DNA of 64,000 nucleotides from the human T2T-CHM13v2.0 reference genome, Homo sapiens, in assembly GCF_009914755.1 (NCBI RefSeq), contig NC_060934.1. One strand, 5' to 3'. Both the position numbers and the translations under genes were made by a program. Position 1 is the first letter of the stretch. Each line of letters begins with the position of its first letter. Positions 40,306 to 52,839 of the stretch are shown here, piece by piece. The notes under the pieces were generated by a model. It made no database searches. It worked only from the letters and a program-made list of their open reading frames with translations, and was not told the origin of the DNA.

Positions 40306-40445
40306 TAACTATGTAACCACCAAGACCGAAGGCAGTTCCCTCATCCTCAAAGCTGCCTTTTGCTCCTTTGCTCTCCATCCCTGGACCCAGGCAGCCCTAG
40401 ATCTGTTTTCTGCTGTCTGATTTTTGCCTTTTCTAGGATGACATA
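40306..40445 (+). repeat. Copy 1 of a ~140-bp direct duplication (old L1-like sequence) flanking the MLT2A LTR
   Basis: Aligns to 40800-40938 with 10 substitutions and 1 indel (~92%). Confidence 0.93.
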
Positions 40446-40799
40446 TGCGATGGTTAATACTGAGTGCCAACTTGATTGGATTGAAGGATGCAAAGTATTG
40501 ATCCTGGGCGTGTCTATGAGGGTGTTGCCAAAGGAGTTTAACATTTGAGTCAGTTGGCTGGGAAAGGCAGACCCACCCTTAATCTGGGTGGGCAGCATCT
40601 AATCAGCTGCCAGCAAATATAAAGCAGGCAGAAAAACATGAAAAGGCAAGACTGGCCTAGCCTCCCAGCCTGCATCTTTCTCCTGTGCTGGGTGCCTCCT
40701 GCCCTCGAACATCAGACTCCAGGTTCTTCAGTTTTGGGACTTGGATTGGTTTTCCTTGCCCCTCAGCTTCTGTCCCTCTAAAGAACGCTGACTAATACA
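40446..40799 (+). mobile_element. ERVL solo LTR MLT2A1/A2 with internal deletion
   Basis: TG(C)GATGGTTAATACTGAGTGCCAACTTGATTGGATTGAAGGATGCAAAGTATTG...CTGACTAATACA. The segment normally carrying AATAAA is absent at ~40769. Confidence 0.92.
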
Positions 40800-40938
40800 T
40801 AACTGTGTAACCACCAAGATAGAAGGCACTTCCCTCATCCTCAAAGCTGCTTTTGCTTCTTTGCTCTTCATCCCTGGCCCCAGGCAGCCCTAGGTCTGCT
40901 TTCTGCTGTCTGATTTTTGCCTTTTCTAGGATGTCATA
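40800..40938 (+). repeat. Copy 2 of the ~140-bp direct duplication
   Basis: Starts immediately after the LTR terminal CA and continues into antisense L1M-like sequence. Confidence 0.93.
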
Positions 40939-41054
40939 TAAATACAATCATACAAGATGTTGTCCTTGGGTTTGGATTTTTTTCTCATTTAAGATTCATC
41001 CATCCACATCACTGTATATTTTCATCTGGACTCTCTCTCTTTTGCACATCAAAC

Positions 41055-41611
41055 TGTTGCTAAACTGCCGGGTTCACCAGCCCACTGTGCAGCAATAGGC
41101 CAATACTCAGACAGCAGGGTTTGCGGCAGAGAAAGAGTTTAATAATTGCAAGGCCGCTGAACAAGAAAACGGGAGGAATTCCCAGCTTCAAATCTGTTTG
41201 CTGAGGAGTTCTGGGCAAGAGTTTTTAAGGGGATTGTGGAGGATGAGGGGCTGGAAAATACGGGGTAAATACGGGGTCATCGATTGGTCCGGTAAAGGAG
41301 TGAAATTATCAGGATGTGGAAACTGTGTCTTCCAGGAGTCAGCTGCTTAGTGGGCCCTTCAGAGGAGGGGGATGGATAGTTTTGTCAGTTTGCAGAATCT
41401 AAAGGGGAAACGCTTAGATTTTATCCGTAGAACAAAGAGCCTTGTGAGGAGGGCTACCTTATTCTGGGGTTGTGAGCAGCGACCGGCTACAAGGAAGTGG
41501 GCCAAAGGGCAAGCTGGCTTAGTGATTTCTGCTGATTGTGTTGCTAGTCTAGTTGAATTTTTTCTTTTTTCCTTTAATCAGTTTTATAAAGTTTTTTGGG
41601 GAACGGTTTCA
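41055..41611 (-). mobile_element. ERV1 solo LTR (MER4-group-like)
   Basis: TG...CA termini with 4-bp TSD AAAC on both sides and 'gcagagaaagagtttaat...gaggagttctgggcaagagtttttaagggg'. Subfamily uncertain. Confidence 0.75.
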
Positions 41612-41825
41612 AAACCAGCTGAGCGGTTTCTGACCATGCTGCTGTGCCTCTGCCTGGATGGCTCTCCCTCACCTAGTTCTTTCTCCTCCTTCAGGCCTCA
41701 GCCTCAATGCCACCTCCTGAGCCCTGCCGTCACTGTGACGGCTCCCCCTCTCCCCCAACACACACAATTAGTTTTTATTGTATTTTCCTAAGTTCCTTCA
41801 TGTCACAGTTATATTATTCATATAT

Positions 41826-42232
41826 TCTTATGGGTCAAATTGTCCCTGTCCCAAAAATTTGTATGTTGAAGTCCTAACCTTCAGTACCTCAGAATGCGAC
41901 CTTATTTGGAGACAAGGCCTTTACAGAGGTAATCAAGTGAACATGAGGTCATTAGGGCAGGCCCTCACCCAACATGACTGGCATCATTATTCAGAAGAGG
42001 AGGTTTAGACACAGATCTGCACAGAAGCATGGCGATGTGAAGACAGCCATCTACAAGCCAAGGAGTGAGACCTGGGACAGATTCATTCTCCTCACAGCCC
42101 TCAGAAGGAACCAACCCTGCTAACACCTTGATCTTGAACTTCCAGCTCCAGAATGGCAAGACAGTACTTTTCTGTTGTTTAAGCCACCTAGTTTTTGGCA
42201 CTTTGTTACGGCAGCCCTACTGTACTAATACA
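41826..42232 (+). mobile_element. MaLR solo LTR (MLT1B-like)
   Basis: 'tatgttgaagtcctaacc...agaaggaaccaaccctgctaacaccttgatcttgaacttccagc...gtttaagccacc...actaataca', with a 5-bp TSD TATAT. Confidence 0.88.
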
Positions 42233-43848
42233 TATATATATATTTCCTTTCTGCCCTCTCTAGAGTGCAGGCTTCTTGGGAGCAGGGATCCCCTCTGTCT
42301 CATTCATAGCCCTGTCCCCAGAGGGGGCCTTCAATATATTAATATTTCCGCATTAATGAATGGGTACATCATGTTATTTTGTTGTTGCCATTATCCCTAT
42401 AAGGTTGGCTTGCCAAGTTTAGGCTCCTTACCCAAGTTGATGGCTAAAAGAGAGAACTCTTGATACCTGGGGCCGCATCATTCCAATTATGCTACAGTTC
42501 CCTGAGGGCCTTCTTATGTTAGATAAAATCTGGAAACAAATTCTACTGTCTTTTCCTTCTTATAGGATACAGAAGACTTGTTCTTCTAAAAGTGTTTCAG
42601 GAAGTTCAAAGCTGTCTCATTTGGGCTGTGGGGAGAGAAGCAAAAACAACAACAACAAATCAACCAAACCCAGATACCTTGAATGACATTTTTCCAGTAA
42701 ACAAAGCAAACCAACAAACCAAACAAAAACCTTCTTTATTTTTTTTAACCTAAGTATTGGCTATCATACTCATTTATAAAGCAGACACCCCAATCCATTC
42801 TCATATGATTATTTACTCCAATGTGATTTGCAAAGATCTTTCAAGAAGCTGTCAGTTGCACACTTGGAGCTGTAGGCCCATTGATTAAAACACACTTGCA
42901 AACTAAGAGACATTTGCCAGAATGGCCAGAAAAAAAGAGGCCATGGCAGCTTTTAAACCAACACCAGACAGGTTCTGAGAGACCAAATGCATGCAGAGGG
43001 GTGTTTGGGGATGGAGGGTGGGCAACAGATAGTAAATATATTACTGCTTTGAGTGGCCAGATACCTACCTGGAAGCAGGTTTGCAATATGATAGCCCACT
43101 CAATTAATTTTTTTTTCCCCAAGGGGCCTAAGTAGTATAGCTATTCTTTAATTTGAAATGAGTTAAGTTTGGGGAATGATAGCATATTTAATGTACAGCT
43201 GGGCACTGGTGCATTCTAACTCTGGCTATGTTCTCTTTTGTGGTTTTGCCTTGGTCTCTATGTCCTTGGGGTGTCTTTTCTCTGTCTCTATACATCACAG
43301 TGTGTTTCTGACTTCTCTGCTCATTCTTCTACCAGCACCTCTCTGCCTCTCTGTTTGTCTGTCACTGTTGTCTCTCTCTGTCGTCCTGTCATATTATCAG
43401 GCTGCCTGTCTGGCTACAGTAAAACTTCATCAGCCTCCCCTACACTGAGAGCAGAGCTTTTTTGTGGAACACAATAGCATTCAGAAGAGAGAAAAATCTC
43501 TTTAAGTGTGCAAATGCTGTCTCATTATCCTGAGACTGGAGGGAGGAACCTCTCAAGCTTTGTCATTTCAGTAAGAAACAAAAACCTTTGAAATTTTTAC
43601 AATTATCTTCACACTCATATCTCCTTGTCCCCTACACCAGCTAAAAGATGAGTGAATAGCGCTGAGTGCTCGTTGGCTGGTCCATGGAGGGAAGGATCAT
43701 TTATTGAGATATTAATTCAGGTTCTATCTTTGCTGCTGAAAGAGAATCAAAAAGAATGAGAAGCTTTGCTGTCCTGTGCTCTGGGTCTCTCCCTCCCCCA
43801 GGCCCTCAGCTGGGCAAGGAGGCAGGGAGGGCCTATTATACATGCTTT

Positions 43849-43851
<3 letters not shown>

Positions 43852-43898
<47 letters not shown>
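43852..43898. repeat. (AC)n microsatellite, ~23 units
   Basis: Read directly. Confidence 0.95.
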
Positions 43899-43902
<4 letters not shown>

Positions 43903-46169
43903 TACATAAGCTTAATCTCTTCTTTTGGTTGAAAAAGTATAGCTGAGTGGGTGAGAGTAATAGCTCCAGAATTATGCAAATCATAGCTCAAACACAGGTT
44001 CATACCCACAGATTTACATCCCAGCTGTACTATGTGGCTTTGGGTGAGTTACCTAGATTCTCTTACCTTCAGTTTGTTCATCTGTAACATGGTGATAATG
44101 AGGAAGTTACTATGAAAATGAAATGAATCAATTCATTTAAAATATCTAGAAAAAGTGCTTGGCCCCTGGCAAGTACCTGAGAAGCTGGCTCTTATTTTCA
44201 CTATTACTTACTGACTAATCTTGGAGAAGGAAATTGTTAGTGATTACCCACCGTAAAGCTTTGAACTGGATGACTTCTGAAGTTCTATACTTCTCTAAAC
44301 ACCATGGACACGGGTTTCTCATAAGGCCTTATACTCTTCTCTACTTTTGACTAACAATGGGTAAAAGCCATGATTAGAAATTGGACTGAAAATACAGTGG
44401 CTTAACACTTTAAAAAGAAAGATCTAGGGCTCACAGAAGACCAACCAATGATCTGAGTCATGTGGCAAAGAGCACGTAGGGCAGGGTTTGGGTTAGGTAT
44501 ACCGTAGCATTATTAGCACAGTTCACAAACTCTTCTTCCTTTGGGACACTAGTGGCCCCAGGAGGGAATGCAATTTACCTCCGAGAGAGTGACTAACTGG
44601 ACAAATAAACAAGAGAAGAAAAAAGTGAAGACATTGAAACAAAAAAATTGGCTTATCTGATTTATAAAATAATCTGCTAGAGGGTGGCTGATGTCTTCAC
44701 AAAGCCTTTCACTTGCATGAACTCCGGGCTGCTGTTGGGAGGAGCATGTTCAAGGGCTCCCTGGCTACTATATCTTTTGACTCTTTGGGAGAGAGAAGAG
44801 GCAAGGGCTTCAAATCAGCCTAGAGTTTGAGACTGAGCTATTTGAAATAGTGAGAGGAAAGAACAGTAGCTGTCCTGAACATGCAGAAAGTCTTGACTGA
44901 TCAGTATCTGCAGGGCAGATTTTCAATCCTTTTAATCCCTTTGAGATGGATTCCACAGGCTCTACTGGGTAGTGGATCCAAGATGGCTGTGTGATCCTGG
45001 ACAAGCCTCATCTGTAAAATGGCAGCAATACCTGCCCTATCTAACTCATAGAGTGGCTGTCAGACTCAGAGAAGACAACAAGTGAATGCTTGGGGACCTG
45101 ACCAGTTGTAATGGCACAAGTGGGAAAATGCTTCCCATTCTCGTTCTTTTTCTCTCTCATTCACTTATGTCCCCATATCTGTAGTCAGGCATTTGTGGTA
45201 TAAATAGCTTGGTTAGGAGTAGAGTGGGTAGCCATGAGCAGGGTGTGGAAGTTAAAATGGCACCTTTGCCAATTCCAGCCAAGCCTATGGCCAACAGCCA
45301 GGCCTGGCCTCTTCCACTTGACACTGGCCTGCTGGTGAGACTCACAAGACCTCCTTGCTTTGTAAACATCATCCAAAATTCTTCCATCAGTTGACATCAC
45401 CATCTAGTGGGGTCTTCTCTCATGGGAACTTCTGCTCAGAGAGCGAATTGCTATGAGTCAGTAGGAATGACTAACAGAGATTCCAGAGAGAAGACACTGC
45501 CAGTTCATGGCCTCTTAAAGAAATGAATACATCAGTTAAAAGGCTCTTGTCTGCTGTCTATGACTTTCAGAACAACTTCTCCCAGTTGTCTGACATTGAG
45601 AGTAATGGAACCCTTGGGAGAAGTATCAACGTAATTAACAAACTTAGACATAATGATCCCTGATACTTTTAACAAAACATAAAATAACCAAGAAATGTCT
45701 ACCACTTTATAAGTTCACATTGGAAACACACCTGATATAAATAATGAGTCAGAACAGTGGTTTCACTATTAAAAGTCAGCAGGTTTCATTATTAAAAGTC
45801 AGCCAAGAAAACGTGAAAACTTACAGGCTGAAAGAATAATTAAAGGCGATCACTATAGATTTTAAGCATTATTAGTTCTCAAAACTTCTGACTGGCTGAT
45901 GATGAAGACAAATTCATTCTAATTGTCCTTGATAATTTCATGCTTTTAAAATCTCATGGCAAGACCAACTTGGGAGCCATAGTCCTCAACAGTGGGCATG
46001 GTCAGAATGATGGCTGGTAAGAGCAGAGCCCTAATCCATGACAGAATCTGTTAGCCTGCATGGATACAAGTGGGATGATGACTAATGAAGCCACTATTTA
46101 GCATTGTATCTAGGATTTCCTTGCCATCTGTAAACCGTGACCCCTCCCTTCAGGCAGTTTTTTAACCTG

Positions 46170-46730
46170 AGGTGGTTACCTGTTTTTGTTTGCTGTCCTA
46201 CACTCCTGGCCCCTTGATAGAATTCAACTCTTCTTTGATAACGATTCAGTCTTCCCCTGTTCAAGTGATCAATGTGGGGCTGACCCCACCTCAGCTTCAG
46301 AGATGAGCATGTGACCCTGCCTGGCCAATGAGAATACCATATCTCTCTGACCATAGTGATTGGTTAAGGGATGAACATGTGGCCCACAGCTGACCAATCA
46401 GAGCTACTGAGACTCAGTTCTATGGTTTCAATGGAAACCACTGAAAAAGAGAAACTCTCTTTTGGCTAGAGTTGCTGTGAGGATGGAATGGGGAACCTGG
46501 ACAGCTCCAGCAATCTTACTGCAGAAGGTGCTTCTGGGTGGATCCCAGGCAGAGGAATCAGAGGCAAAACATGGAGGGAGTGAACTCCTGAAATCACTTG
46601 GGTTCTGAATCCAGCCAAGCCCGAAACCAGCCCTACCCTGGGCTTTTCAGGTACTTGAGCCAATGCATTCTCTTTTCCTCTTCATCAAGGTTTGTTTAGA
46701 GTTTGCATCCCACGTGACTGAACAGAATGG
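46170..46730 (+). mobile_element. Old MaLR LTR (MLT1J/K-like)
   Basis: 'catgtgaccctgcctggccaatgagaatacc...gtgattggttaagggatgaacatgtggccc...tgagccaatgcattctctttt'. Boundaries approximate. Confidence 0.55.
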
Positions 46731-49700
46731 ACATTGCTCTTAGCAAGGGACAGTAACCATGAGTCCAAGTCCTGAAACAGAGATGGGGTCCCCTTCCTCC
46801 CTTCTCACTGGTTTCCTTCCTCCTGAGTGGGGTCTATCTGAGCCTGGCATTTCCTTCGTGACAGTTTCATTTGCTCCTGGACGGTTCCCTTGCTCACCAT
46901 CAGCCCTCGGGCCAGCTCTAACACTCAGTTTGTCCAGATAATGTTAGGTACCTGTAAAGAGGAACTCTATGTTGTTCAACTTTTTCTCTCATTAGCACAC
47001 TGTTTTTCTGTCCCGGGTGATGCAGGCTGAATGCAAAGCAACAAGATGTGCTGGTTTGAATTCCGTGGCCTTCCTTCATCAGCCTGAGTGTTTGTGTACA
47101 CACAGCTGGGCTGCAACGTCAGTTTCTGTCTGATGGCTCAGAGCCACAATTTTACCCTGTTATTGATGCCCATTATGTCATTTTAGAAAATGTAGGGATG
47201 TGGCTGTCCAACTTATCTGAATATCTGTATATAAATAAATAAATGTACATTTAAATCCATCCTAACTTTGACGTGATCTGAGGGAAAAATGAGGTCTTTG
47301 TGTTTTCCCATAGAAATAAGAAGAAAGTAGGTTAATAAACCATCAGTATCACAAGCAATAATGCAACACATGAAATATCATTTGCAAATTATTTTTGCAA
47401 TTACAATGTTGGTTTTCCATGAAGAGTTGTAGCAGCTGCCTCCTCTCTCAAATAACATATTCACCTGTGGACAGATGGGGAATTGCTAAGATCCCAGCTT
47501 ATGTTTGTGAAAAGAGAAGCACCACAGTTTAGTGAGCAAGGAGGTTACTAAGCTTGGTGTGCACTCAAAGGCCATGTCTGCACTGTGTATGATGAAGTGG
47601 AGGCTTTGGATACCCATCAGCAAGTTTTATGTTAATAAAATATTTTTTCTTCTATCAAATGCTAAGACCAAAAAGTTTGTCATCTGAATGTAATCGCGTA
47701 ATTGTCTTGACTCTCAGCTCCATTTTGTGCTCAGAAGAAAGCAGTTGTGTCACGAAATGGAAAGATGAGGTCTAGGTTCAGTAGACCAGTATTGGCATTC
47801 TGGGAAAAATAAGACCCCAAAGATAACTTTTTACCATGATTTCACAGACAAATAGGACCTGAGATTTTCTTTTTATGGAGCAAGAAAGCAATGCTTATGA
47901 GGACCAGATCTGGGTCTAGTACTACCAAAGAGACTGCAGAGACTTGTGGAGGCATGTGATGGTGTTTCTGAACAATGTTTTTAAATTGTATATGTTTTGT
48001 AACAGGAAGAGAGAGATAGGGAAAGGGAGGCGGGAGGAAGGAAAGAAGAAAATAAGAGGAAGGAAGGAAGAATGGAGGAAAATTTCTCTTAATCAGAGAA
48101 ATAATGAGAGCAAAAAAGAAAAAGAAACCCAGAGAGTCAGAATTCTATTGCAGCATCGTTGGCTAGAGAAAAGGACACTCGGGATTTGACAGGTCGTTGG
48201 GAGTGGCTGCTGGGTTTGAGCAGAGTATAACACATCAAGAGCTATGATATACGAAACTGAGTAGGCTTATTTCTTGCATGGCAGAGGAAGGATCAGAACC
48301 AATGAGTAGGAAAGAGACTTTGGTTCAGTTTTAAGAACTTTCTTAATAGAGAAATGGGCTTGCCAGTGAGTAGTGAGTTTCTTGTCTGGAGACTTTCCAG
48401 CAGAGACCAAACACATATAGGGTACGTTGACAAGGGAATTTAAACATTGAGGAAAATGTTAGACTAACTACTGAGATTCTATGTTTCACATTCGACTCTT
48501 GGAAATTAAGCAGTCATCTTAATAGAATACCTGGAAGAATCTGAAGCCACTGGGAACAAATAACCCTTAGACTCATGCAGAGTTCAGAGGAGGAAAAAGC
48601 TATGGCAGCAACAACAAAGCACAAACCAAGTTAACACTTTGCAGCAATGAGGCAATTACTTCCCTCCAAAAACTCCACAGGGAACAATAGTAGGTAGAAG
48701 TTAAATCACAAACACTTCCCCTCATTATCTAGGAAATAACTTGAGCTGCCCTTCTAATTAGCATCTGTAAGCAGCCCTGTGCTGTCAGTTCTGGATAACT
48801 CTCAGAACCTAGTAAGATGATTATACAAGATGCTCAATCCCATGGTCATTGTTGGCCAGAACACTGCCACCCACACAATGACATGAGTAAGAGGCACTGC
48901 AGAAGCCACTTAAACTCCTGGACATATGGGCATAATAACATTTGGAGCTATTGTATAGTTCTGCAATTCAGTGAGCTTCAGCATATTCTGAGAATGAACA
49001 AGCTTCCTTCTTATGGTTAGAGTTGCTTTGGCACCTAACTCTCCATGTAAAGAGCCTTGTGTGCAGGGGCAGAGATGATTACATTTAAAATAAAGGCTTA
49101 CATTTGCATTAATCACATTTATTAGGAAGCTAAGCAAAATCTAAGCTACTGTTTAAAGGTTCTGATGGAAAACATTTTCTCCTTCCACCTGTTCTTGGGG
49201 CAATATATTCTATGGACATGGTGACGGCCACTTTCTTCAGGTTGTCCTAGGTAGCTATTTATAAAATCATAGTTATAGAATGTTGGGTCACTTTTTAATG
49301 TGCTTATTAAAGCCAAGGAAATAATTTGGCATAACTCCCCAGGCATACTAGAGAAAACCAAGGCATGATCCAAGTAAGAGTCTCAATTTTGCATTTCTCT
49401 ACTTTCTTCTGGGAGCTTGTCAATATTTGCTATTTGGTTTTCTTACTTTTTTACTTTGAAATCACTATAGGTGTGGGTTGGGGAAGTGAGGATGAGATAC
49501 ACTTTCAAAAAGTTCATACGGGCTGGAAAGGAGATGGGCACCTTAAGTCCCTGGGAGGAATTCATCAAGTATTAGTTATTTTCATGTGTCATGGGTGAGA
49601 AGCTTTTCTCCTCTCATCCAAGCAAGCCCAGCCTTTGGTTTTTCCAAGGCAGAGACCGTCTACTGGTCTCTAAGGACTTTCTGTAAACATCTTGTTAATT

Positions 49701-49849
49701 AGCTGTTAAGCACATTAAGTGAGAAATAAACATGAGTGACTTCATATTTATAGAGTTTGACAGGGGTAAAATCAATTGCTAATTGAGAAGAAGAATTTGA
49801 AAAAGAGACAAAAATATACCTAAGGATTTTGGTTTTGAGTCTCTGTTTC

Positions 49850-50690
49850 TATAGCCTAATTTTTCTCCTGGTTGTATAGACTATCATTTCTTGTTTCTTG
49901 GCCTGTACAGTAATTTTTATCTGGGTGCTGAACACTGTAAATTTTACTTTGTTGAGTATTTGGATTTTGTTGTCATCCTTTAAAGAGAGTTAGACTTTGC
50001 TCTGGCAGAAAGTTGTTATTTGAGCATCAAATTGTTTTTGTTTTGTTTTGTTTTTGAGGTTTGTTTTTAAGCTTTATTAGAGTGGTCCTAAAGTAGTCTG
50101 TAGGGCTAGTACAATGGCATGGCCCTCATGAAGTCTCTACTAAATGCTCTGGGATTTTAACCAGGTCTCTCTACTCTGGCTGGTTGGAGCTAAACTATCT
50201 TGCATCCCTGCGTGAGCTCTGGGAATTGCTCAGCTCACAGCTTACAGGTAGCAGTTCTTTGACCAGTTCTATGGAGTTTTACTCTGAAAATACACAGCTC
50301 AGTTTTCAGTCAGAGACCCATAGAGACACCCATGCAGATTTCTGGAGCTTTTTCTTTGTACGTTTTTTTCCTCTCCAGTATACTACCTCACAAAGCTGCC
50401 TCAGTCTCTCTAAACTATGATCCCTGTCTTGTCAATTCACAAAGACTGCTGTGTTCTCCTTGGCATCGCTTTGGGCACTGAGGTCTGGAAGGTGCCTCCA
50501 GGCAGAAATCTGGAGTGGTTGTGGGGCTCACCTTGTTATTTATCTTCTCTCAGGGACTATGTTCTTAATGCTACCTGTTGTCCAATGCCTGAAAGCAGTT
50601 TTATATATTCTATTTAGTTTTCTAGTAATTTATGATGGGAAAATATATCAGCTTCCAGCTACTCTGTCATGGCCAGAAATGGAAGTTCTT
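49850..50690 (-). mobile_element. Old L1M fragment, antisense
   Basis: L1M-like phrases 'gtccaatgcctgaaagcagttttatatatt...ccagctactctgtcatggccagaaatggaag'. Confidence 0.55.
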
Positions 50691-51024
50691 CATTTCCTAG
50701 TCTTTGCATACACATGTTGCACTGTTTCTGCTGCCAACAATTCATCAAACATTACATAGTTGAATAGAAACAGGACCTGGAGGTTGGGGTTGGAGAGGAG
50801 ATTGTAACTCAGTGGCAAGACATTCATATAAATAAGTCCACCATGGGGAAGAATAATAGAGACGTGTAGTCTGGGCATGGCCTGGCTTTCCCTGTCTAGG
50901 ACTCTCACACCGATAACCCTCTAAGCTGGGCTTAAACACTTCTTCCCTTTCCCATTATCAATACTGACTCATCCTTGACCCAGACTTACTTTTGTTTATT
51001 TGTTGTTTTGAAGCAGTCTTTTAT

Positions 51025-51185
51025 TCTTTTTTATTTTAAACTTTTACTTTAAGTTCAGGCTACACGTGCAGGTTTGTTATATAGGTAAACTTGTGTCGTG
51101 GAGTTTTGTTGGACAGGTTGTTTCATCACCCAGGTATTAAGCCTAGTACCCATTAGTTATTTTTCCTGACCCTCTCCCTCCTCCT
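51025..51185 (-). mobile_element. L1PA/PB 3' end fragment, antisense
   Basis: 'ttttactttaagttcaggctacacgtgcaggtttgttatataggtaaacttgtgtc...catcacccaggtattaagcctagtacccattagttatttttcctga'. Confidence 0.85.
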
Positions 51186-52839
51186 TTTTTTGAGGGATGA
51201 CGACAGTTGCTAATCTTGATCTAGTAAATGAATATGGACTGTGTAATTTCCTCCCAAGATCCTGGATCCTTAGCCTAGACATGATTCAAATGAATAATGA
51301 TATCTTTATGCAGCAGGGAAGGACAATAGGAATGACTGGTGTTAGATGAGACTTGTCAAATTATGCCAAGCAAGCAATTGTCTATGGCTAGTGAACACCC
51401 TCAACCCTAGCTCCATTGCTTTTCTTAGCTAACTCCTTCCCCAGTCCCCCATTCAGGAAGATCCTACTTGACTTCTCCATCAGCTTTTTTAGCCTTCAAG
51501 CTCAGCTCCAGCCTATCTCCCCTCTAGGCTTGTTATATCATGTGTGCCAGGATGCTTACTTGGATGTATGGCTTCTTGCCAGCATATATTTTGTTCTTGA
51601 GGCTTATTCTTAAGTGGGTGGGCCACTGAAGTGTCATTCTCTCTATGTAAGCTGGGGCAGGAACTTGAAAATTGTTTGATGGAGGAGAATAAAGGGAAGT
51701 TTGCTGAAAGGATTAAAACAAGCCTGAGGAAAAGTCATGAAGCAGTAAAAGTAATAAATATTAATTACAGTCAAATGGAATTGTATGATGACTATTAGTT
51801 GTTTGCAGTTTCAGCTACAAATGCTGGATTCCTTTGATCTTTCTGAGGAAGGTAAATCCTGGTTCCATCTCTAGGTTGTATTTGCAATTCTCAAGGCTGA
51901 TTAAAGAACGTTATAGCATCTTCACATTAAGAAAGCTTGCCAAAGCTTTTCCCTGTTCATGGGGATAATGCCTGTATTTTCACAAGGTCTGATACTCAGC
52001 TAATGTGGTTCAAAAATATAACTGTCCTGAGTTTGAAACCACAGAAGAAACAGAAAAGATCCCAGAATTTTGCTTAATATTTTGTATTCCACCCAGAAAG
52101 AAACCTTATGAAGATAACATCTGTAGCAGTTAATTTGATTTTAGCAATTCTGACTTTCAGAATTTTGATTTAATAAGCCTCATAGGGTCCACCCAAATGC
52201 TGTATCTACATGTTTGCTCTTGACTAAAGACATCATAGAGATACCAGGAGAATGTCTGAACCTGAACTCTTGAAGGAAAACTAGACGCAGGTTAACTGGC
52301 TATGAAGGCTCTGCGTGATTCTAATTTCTGACTCCAGATTTTCCATCCTAAGAAGTTGGTTAAAATGCACATGCACACATTCACACACATGTCACACACC
52401 ACCACCACCACCACCAACAACAACAACAAAATTCTCAACTTTTGTAGCTAAAGGAATAGTTTGGTCTTGCTGGACTCTTCTTTTTCCCCAGAACAATGGA
52501 GACACCTGTATGCCCCTAATCCATCATCAGCCATCCACACTGCCTCTGTGAAATACCCACTTTGTTTCTCAGGGCCCTTGTGACTGAGGGTTGAGATGTT
52601 GCCTTTGCACTTACTCTATTGCTCAAAGTATATCCTCTAACACCATGAGTTTTCAGTCACTTTATTTCTTTGAAAGATGTTGCCCTGTTCTAATATGCCC
52701 TGCAGGATGCTAGCTGCTTGCTGGAAGGGGCTGGCTGAGGCTGCTGGGGCTGTATGCTTTTTCAGCATGACTCATTTGCATCTGTCTTTTCTTTGGCAGT
52801 TATATTCTTGCTCTAGGCTGTCCCAATGGGAGGAGAATT

